From contig JALAGF010003681.1 in the NCBI GenBank assembly GCA_030167865.1, positions 1-41,047 of the forward strand: a stretch of DNA of 41,047 nt, written 5' to 3'. The notes below the pieces were generated by a model. It was not told the origin of the DNA. It ran no database searches and was given only the letters and a program-made list of their open reading frames with translations. Source of the stretch: Craspedostauros australis. Taxonomy: Eukaryota. Both the position numbers and the translations under genes were made by a program. Positions 33,631 to 41,047 of the stretch are shown here, piece after piece. The first letter of the stretch is position 1, and every line of letters begins with the position of its first letter.

Positions 33631-36600
33631 TCAGATCATGAGTACGGCAGCAACTGCAGCAGCACCGATGGGATAGAATGAAATCTGCATTGCTGCACTG
33701 CCGCTTCCGGTTCTATCCGCATCAGGTGTTCCATCATCCTGCACAACAAATATGTCTGGCAGAGATTCCGACGGGTTTTCATCGGACACTTGCTCGCCTT
33801 CCATGGGAATTCGGATGCTGTCGGGTGAGGTCGATCCTCCGCCGCTATTGCCGCCATCCGTACCGTCATTGCTGGCGTCCGACTGCGCCGCGGGTACGAT
33901 TGGTTGCGTTGGATCGGCGGACGGCGCGGTGCTGGGCTGCACGCTCGGCATCTGCGTTGGTTTGGACGTCGGCGAGGAGCTTGGCAGATCGGTCGGTGAC
34001 ACAGACGGCGATCGTGTTGGGACCGACGTGGGCGCATTCGACGGCGATAGACTTGGCGCGGCGCTTGTTGTCGGTGCCATGGACACTGATGGCGGTCCCG
34101 AAGGTGTCGACGATCTGGGCATGGTGGGCGCTGGTGATGGGCGTTCGCTTGGGATGGACGATGGGGATGCACTTTGGCTTGGGCTGGATGATCTCAGCTT
34201 CGTCGGACCGCGTGTAGGAGTGCTGGTCGGTGCTTGCGATACCTCACCACCGCCGGATGATTTCGCCCTCCCGTAGACCAGTAACTCCCACGATACCAGA
34301 CGATCTGTCAACTTTGTAAGATCATTGCCACCTCCGCACACGCAGCATACCTCCACCGCCGACATATCGCCGATAGATGTGATCTGCGTGGCGACATCGT
34401 TCTTCACTTCGCCATTCTCGCAGATGACCGGATTGGTAGATGACAGTTCGTTGCATGCGATTGGCGAGGAATCGGGTTGGAACAGCTGCTGTTCGAAATC
34501 CAGGCAGGATTTAAGGTCCCCAAGTTTCTCATCGACGATGCGCAGCTTCCAATTCCCCACGACAGGCTCGCCCCAGTTGCGAACGGTCATCAAGTTGAAG
34601 ATCTCGTTGCCTTCGAGTTGTGAGTTTTCGGGTCGGCGGCTGGGGTGGAGAACGGAGCTGGTTCCGGATGGTGAGGTGAGGGTGATTAGCAAGTCACCGC
34701 GCGATGCGTGCACGAGATCGAGCAACACCACGACGGATTCCGCCACGACGTCCGAGTGAGAGGCGTCCAAGCGCATGGAGGTGAGGACCTCATCCTTGGC
34801 ATCGTCATTGATGACCTTGTCGATGACTCCAGATTCCTTCTTGATTAACATCTCCGGTCCGAACAAGTCCCATCGCTGGGCCTCCTCGACTGCGCGATTG
34901 GCATCGATGATGCCGAAACCGTACTTGATGGAGTGCCAGAAGCCAGCTGCGTTTGTTGTGATGGAGTCGTCGTTTGGATCGTCCACTCGCTGCGATGTCA
35001 ACGCGATGATGCCCTGCACGTCTCTCCACCCCAGTTCCGGGTTGGCCTCAAGGATGAGTGCGATGACGCCGGAAACGATGGGACAGGCAAAGGATGTCCC
35101 GATGCCGCTGTTCTTGCACCCGCCGCCCACCTTGGCCACCACGAAGGTGGTGAGCTCACCGGAGTCTCCGCCTGGAGCGCTGACAAAGACGGCTGCACCT
35201 GAGGTGGAGTAGTCCGCATGCAATCCATCCCGGCCCACGGCGCCCACGGTGATGGTGTACCTCGCATTCGTGAAGCCTTCGAAGTTGGCGTCAGAGCCGT
35301 ACGCGAAGTCGTTACCGGATGCGAAGACGTACACGATGCCCCTTCCGTTGCGTCCCGTGTCGATGCCCTGGAGCATGCTGCGTTCCATGTTCCTGGGAAG
35401 CTGGGTGTAGTCGCATTCCGTGAAGAATTCCAAGAACTGCGTGCAAGCCTCGCGGTCGAGGACGAAGTTGCCGCGCCGAGAGCAGTAAGAGGCGATGTTG
35501 TCCGTGCACTGAACGGGCAGCTCTTCGGTCTGCACCCCGTCTGTGTAGAAGGTGGCAAAGTCGCAGACCGCGCACGGAAGGCTGTTGGTCGCGAAAGGGC
35601 AATCGCCGAATCCATCCGAGTTCAATTCGCGATCGTCCTGCCGTTGCAAGACGAGGAGATGACGACGTTCACGCTGCCGCCGTCGGTGCGAGGCCAAGAG
35701 CTTTGCGTAGAGGTTACGGCGCAACGACTTGGACTGGCAGCCGCTGCGGCCGTAGGAGTTTTGCGAGATGTCGATGACTTCGGCCTTGTGGTCGAAGCGT
35801 CTCGTATCGGAAATGACGTCGCAGGCTGAGAGGATGGCGTTCGGCGCAATGCCAACCGAACAGGCATCGTTGTTTGCATTCGCGCCCACGATGGATGCCA
35901 CCGTTGTGCCGTGCTCGTTGTCATCAGTGTCCGTATCAGGCAGGTAATCCTGGCAGGATCCCGCGACGTCGGCGTGCTTGCTGAGCTCCGGGTGATCGAG
36001 GTCGGAACCATCATCGTTGATGCGCACGTGCACGCCGTTGCCGGTGATGCCCTTCCGCCAGACAGGTTCGACCTTGATCATGTCGAAGGCCCATTGGTTG
36101 CCATCATAGACCGGATCGCTGTTGTTGCAGAAGGCGCGAGGTGAGAGGGGACAGCGGAGGAACACTCGTGTGGTGGAGAAGGATGATTGAAACAATGAGG
36201 TGTGGTGGGTACGTGAGCCATGTGCGGTGCCATACTAGTAAGTGTGGTAGAACACCATGCCATCCTGCCCCGGTTGAATCGGCAGACTCTCGCCAACATC
36301 GACGTGAGTGCAGCACTCCGTGGACCTACCTGAAGACAGCATTCGGCTTGGACTGGCAGATGCCTGGACTCGACACCCAGTCCTCTTTCCTGGGACACGC
36401 TGTATGCCGATAGAGCTGCACCATGTTGAACTGCGTGGCGGCCGCCGAGGAGCAGAATGCATCGCCTGGACACCACGCGCAGCCAGGTGCGGATGTGCAC
36501 CCTTGGCAGTCAAAGTTGAACTCTTGGCACGGATCGCAGTCAAAGCAATCGTCGCCATCGCTTTCGCAGGTGGAGTGACGGTTCGTACCGCGATCGCACC

Positions 36601-36730
36601 GACGGTCGAAGGAGTGAATGCAGGAATCCGAAAAGATGTCGCAAGTTTCGAATGTCGATGGTGATTGCGCCGAGGCTGTGTGATGGGAGATCAAGAATGG
36701 GGAGATGAGCAGAAGCCAGGGAATGGCCAT
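33631..36730 (-). CDS. Kexin/furin-like S8B subtilase with P-domain, Cys-rich N-terminal module, P/S/T stalk and hydrophobic (GPI-signal-like) C-terminus; exons 36730-36330 and 36118-33631, about 962 aa (alternative in-frame ATG at 36970)
   Basis: Catalytic D (INDDG), H (HGT), oxyanion N (FASGN) and S (GTSFACP). Kexin hallmarks GRNGRGIVYVFASGN, LEANPELGWRDVQ, YGFGIIDA. P-domain HASRGDLLITLTSPSGT...WGE...GNWKL. Signal peptide MAIPWLLLISPFLISHHTASA. Intron GTAGG...AACAG joins FS|DPVY in frame. Confidence 0.88.
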
Positions 36731-37044
36731 GTTGCGCTGCGGCTTGTGATGAAGTGCGTGGGACTCGAGGAGGTGGCGCCTTCGCCGGTTCTTTGGTGAT
36801 CTCCTCTGATGAACTCGTATTCGGGCTCGTCCTGGTACTTGTCGTCGCACTTGTCGTCGCACATGTGCAGTATTTGAACCATCGTCGCCATCGTCGCCAT
36901 CGTCGCCATCGCAACGGCGTCCGGCAGCGGCAAGTGCCATCGAGGCACAAGACCTGCGTTTCATGTTCATGAATGTGGCCGTAGTTGCACTCGTACTCGT
37001 ATGGGAAGGATTCCTTGCTTCCGTGAGATGGCTCTCGTTGGTTG

Positions 37045-37066
37045 CTCTCTCTCTCTCTCTCTCTCT
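37045..37066. repeat. (CT)11 microsatellite upstream of the kexin-like gene
   Basis: ctctctctctctctctctctct. Confidence 0.9.
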
Positions 37067-38433
37067 TCTTCCAAGGTGTAGGTCGTATGGTATGGTGTAG
37101 TATGATGTAATAATAGAATAGGTATTATAGTACTGTTCGTGGAGAGTCCCAGAATGAAGCGTTGGTTGTGCTTCTTCAATGGGAATGTGACTGTCGCAAA
37201 CGCATGGAGGGGTGGTTGCGGATGGTGCTCCACGATGATCCTCTGTGGTGGTATGATGGCCAGCCAAGGGAGTTATGAGGCATTTGATCGAAGTTGTTGA
37301 CGGGATGAAGTTTTTATGCGGGCAAGCCAAAGCAGTCACTGGTCTTCGCCACAGTCGTGACCTTGAGGCACACCAATCGTGCTTAAATTTGCGAGAAAGG
37401 CCTTGTGCCGTGTTGTTGTCCTTGGCAGGTCACGCACCGTGGCGACATCTCGAGTATCCACAGAGAGACACACAGCCGCTTCGCGTCGTCGCTCCCTTCA
37501 CGTTATCTCTGGAACGCGCGCAACACGCCCATGCCTGTGGGTGCGATCCAGGTCAGCACAACATTCTGTTTCATTCCTCGATCGTTGCCTTTTGGATTTG
37601 TTGTGGTCTGAGAGATCCCGCAACAAGCGCATCTGCGGATGTATCCGAGTGTTTGGGAAGTGCAGGCTTTCATCGCCAATGGCATGCATGGCTCGTTAGG
37701 TCCGACACCAGCTGAGCAGCTAGTCACAATGGAGCAGATCGCACAAGTTCATGTCAGTCACAGTGCATGCTCTGGCTAATCGTGCATTTGCCCAACACAA
37801 TGATGTGACGCACGCAGCACCTGTGAACGTTCATGAGTACTATGAACAGAAGATCTACGAGCTACTCCATTGTGGAGCCGAACATGATGCTGCACATGGC
37901 TCGTTGTCGTGCGCTCCGCCGCCGAAACCAAACACCATTGCGATGCCCAGGATCGCTGGATGTTCAAAATCGGCGAACAACCAAGACATCTCGAGAAACG
38001 CAATTTCAGCGAGTACCGAGAAATTTTGAGAATCCACACAATCTGCAGACGGAGAAATCCAAAGGGCATCACCCTTTCGATGTGCATCCCCGATGCCCCA
38101 GCACCCATCTCTAGTCGTACTTGCACTATATTTCTATCCACCTATATACAGGTGCACATAATGACTGTGAACAGCAGAGCAGCAGCATGCCATGGCTGGA
38201 AGGATTGATAGAGTGCTCCACTCTGCTCTGCTCTGCTCTGCTTGATTCTACATACCCTCCTTGTTTCGAACAGAGTGGTGCCACACCCACACCTTACCAT
38301 GCTTTTACGGCGGTGTATCATACGTACAGCTATCATACTCGTAGTTTTACATCGTTGTGCCAGCACCTACTCATGTTGCTGCCTCTGTCTCGCATTCCGA
38401 CAAGTCGACCCCCAACGCAGCCAACCTGCTTCC

Positions 38434-39333
38434 TCACTGGGACTGGCGATGCATGTCCCGCGTCGGAGCCGATGCGGCGGGGTGTTCGTCAAATTCATTG
38501 TGGGTTCTGTGATGATGCCGGCGAGGATGAGGTGGCTTGGATGCGCGCGGCTTGATTGCAGGAGCTGCCGGACAGAGCTGCGGGATGGGATCCACGACGG
38601 ATGTCACCGTCAGCCAACCGACGGTGTGCCGCGGTTGCACAACCGGGAAGAAGGTGCAGTCATTCGTGAACGTGATCAAGGCGACGTTCGTCACACCCTC
38701 GCCATGCTGGTTGGTGCCCACCACGTTGATCTGCAGGGCCCGTGGCAAGTCGGCGACGCTGTCGATCTCTTCCGGTGTGTTCGAGAAGGATTCGTAGGTC
38801 AGGATGTCGCCATGCTGCATGTACAGGCTTTCGTGCGTCTCCTGCGTCAGCACATTGAGGTTGCGATCCAGCTCTGTGAATGTGACGGCGTGGATGGTAT
38901 CTGGAACCAGGTCGTCTCCGGCGCGATTCTCCTCCCCGAACGGACCCACAGCGCAGGCGTGTCCATCCAATCCGAAATTGTCCTCCATGATGGGCAATAC
39001 TGTTCGTTCATCTCTTGTGGATGCGGTGGATGTTGCCCCTGTCCTTGGTGATGACAACCGCCTTGTTGTCGATGGTGATGCTGAGGACGACGACGATGTC
39101 GATCGGTCTGCGATCGCTTCCATATCATCGCAGGTTGATGTGAAGTCCAACTTGAATTCGTAAACATGCGGTGTGCACGAGCACAGGTCTTCGCCAATGA
39201 TGAGGGGCGATCGCAATGAGGATGATTCCATCGTGATGTCTGCCGACAGTGGCACTGAATCCGCAGAGGCCATCGTGATGCCAGCGGCGGCGGCGGTGGC
39301 GACGAGAAGCTTGGAGGAATGGAGGAACTTCAT
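38434..39333 (-). CDS. Secreted hypothetical protein with a Cys-containing domain (CSCTP.VYEF.LDF...C / ITFTNDC...GW), 299 aa
   Basis: Signal peptide MKFLHSSKLLVATAAAAGITMASA. Folded-looking domain interrupted by a Ser-rich loop containing RRL. Coding-type codon usage. Confidence 0.75.
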   Translation of the reverse strand: MKFLHSSKLLVATAAAAGITMASADSVPLSADITMESSSLRSPLIIGEDLCSCTPHVYEFKLDFTSTCDDMEAIADRSTSSSSSASPSTTRRLSSPRTGATSTASTRDERTVLPIMEDNFGLDGHACAVGPFGEENRAGDDLVPDTIHAVTFTELDRNLNVLTQETHESLYMQHGDILTYESFSNTPEEIDSVADLPRALQINVVGTNQHGEGVTNVALITFTNDCTFFPVVQPRHTVGWLTVTSVVDPIPQLCPAAPAIKPRASKPPHPRRHHHRTHNEFDEHPAASAPTRDMHRQSQ

Positions 39334-40008
39334 CTTTCACGTTGCTTTGAGATGATGTATGTCTGTACTCGATGAGAATGAAACGAAAGGAGCTCAGATT
39401 GGTTGTGGATGCGATTTGTGTGTGCGGAGGCAGCGATGGAAAAACGACATCAAGTGATGCTCAAGTGCAGGTACTCAATGGCTTGTATCGTACTGCCCGT
39501 CCAGGATCGACTTTCCGAGTAAGATCATGCGGCTTTGCTTCATGGCCACTCTCCGTCGCAAGATGTGATCCCGTCAAAACGGGAAGGTGTCGGCAAGAGA
39601 TTTGGCGGTGGCAACATGGTCACCATGGCCGATTTCGTCGCGAAGTCCAAGCCGCATCACAAAATTGTGAGCAAAATTGTTTCGGTTCAAATGATCAAGT
39701 GAGTCGCAAGCGTCGAGGCTGGCCAATTTCTGTGATGATTTGGTCATAGTGGTCGTTGGCAGATGCATAGTACTTTCTTAGCGTTAAGTGGCTCAGGTGG
39801 GGTCTGTCCTTCTGTCGCCCATGTTACCGCTCACATGATACTTCGTCTGATTTTGAGTTGATGACCATGGCCAAACAGTCACCGCTTCCCGTTTCCCTGT
39901 TGTCCTGCGACCTCCGCAGCCAACGAATTGGGGGTTGCTCTTCGACAACTCCATCATCAACGTATCAACACAACACATCAAAAACACACCAAATTCAGGA
40001 CTTTCAAG

Positions 40009-41003
40009 ATGGTGAGTGGAACGGCGCGATGATGAAACGTGTGGGACGATGGCAGCGAGGCTTCAGCAGCACGGAGTATAGAGTATGGAGTACGGAATAC
40101 GGCCCACAATGCACACCATCTCCTTGGCGGTGTGATGCATCTTCACGAATGCGATACTGACAACTGCGTCCAACATTTCCACCCCAATCCCTCCCCCCGC
40201 TCTCCCTCCGACAGGCACCAAAGGGAAAAGGAAAGAAGAGCAAGGACTCCAAGCCTAAGGTTGCCAAGGCCGCCGACCCACTCTTCCCATCGCGTGCTCG
40301 CACGTACCAGATCGGAGGAGCCATCCGCCCAGCCGGACGCGACCTCTCCCGATTCGTGCGATGGCCAAAGTACGTGCGCATCCAGCGCCAGCGTGCCGTG
40401 CTCTACCAGCGTCTCAAGGTTCCACCTTCAATCAACCAGTTCACCAAGACCTTGAGCAAGAATGAGGCCATGACCGTCTTCACCCTCTTCAACAAGTACC
40501 GCCCAGAGACTCCAGCCGCCAAGAAGCAGCGTCTCAAGGAGACCGCTGCCGATGCCGCCGAGGGTAAGGATGAGGACGAGGACGCACCAGACGTCGTCAA
40601 GTTCGGTCTCAAGCACGTCACCACCCTGATCGAGGAGAAGAAGGCCTCCCTGGTCCTCATCGCCTGCGACGTCGACCCAATCGAACTCGTCATGTGGATG
40701 CCAGCCCTGTGCCGCAAGATGGACGTTCCGTACATGATCGTTAAGGACAAGGCCCGCCTCGGTGCCCTCGTCCACCAGAAGGTCTCCGCCTGCGCCTGCC
40801 TCACCACCGTGGGGAAGCAGGACTCCTCGCAGCTCAAGCTCCTCCAGGACCTCGCCATGGAGAAGTACAACAACAACCCAGACAACCTCCGCAAGTGGGG
40901 AGGTGGTATCATGGGTCTCAAGACACAGGCCAAGCTTGAGAAGCGTGCCAAGGCCATGGCTGTCGAGGAGGCCAAGAAGCTTGCATCCCTGGGCAAGGCC
41001 TAA
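40009..41003 (+). CDS. RPL7A: 60S ribosomal protein L7a (eL8); exons 40009-40011 (ATG only) and 40215-41003, about 263 aa
   Basis: ATG|GTGAGT...pyrimidine tract...ACAG|GCACCAAAG. Protein APKGKGKK...RDLSRFVRWPKYVRIQRQRAVLYQRLKVPPSINQF...DVDPIELV...WGGGIMG. Very strong codon bias. Confidence 0.97.
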
Positions 41004-41047
41004 CCGAGAAGAAACGCAACTAAAGAAAACACCCACCCGAAACGAAG

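Noticed and set aside
39789..39850. TGGCTCAGGTGG resembling a tRNA A-box
   Set aside because: No B-box (GTTCRA) or cloverleaf downstream.

Overview
Eukaryotic nuclear DNA with GT-AG spliceosomal introns, gene-dense, with high GC3 in coding exons. Gene content and sequence style point to a diatom, probably pennate (inference). I can support 14 protein-coding genes. In order: COP9 signalosome subunit 8-like (split by an intron, so the ORF track misses its start), a 9-exon PPR protein of about 1500 aa, a degenerate glycosyltransferase-like type II membrane protein, a CS/p23-domain protein, a ShK plus prolyl 4-hydroxylase, a TFIIF alpha-like protein, a low-complexity hypothetical protein, a NudC/NUDCD2-like CS protein, a 6-exon TRP-like channel, WDR5, a stalked membrane-anchored PhoX-type phosphatase, a kexin/furin-like S8 protease, a secreted Cys-containing protein and ribosomal protein L7a/eL8. 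No rRNA, tRNA, CRISPR array or autonomous transposon was seen. The strongest lead is the kexin-like protease. It lacks a canonical prodomain and carries an RXL-rich, Cys-rich insert in its catalytic domain, and it lies beside an RRL-containing secreted protein, which makes it a candidate for the diatom RXL-processing protease. Next are the PPR protein (prion-like N-terminus, RGG tail, readable PPR code) and the tethered PhoX with repeated AGAATCC motifs upstream. Exon boundaries were read by eye and checked for frame continuity; none is confirmed by transcripts.
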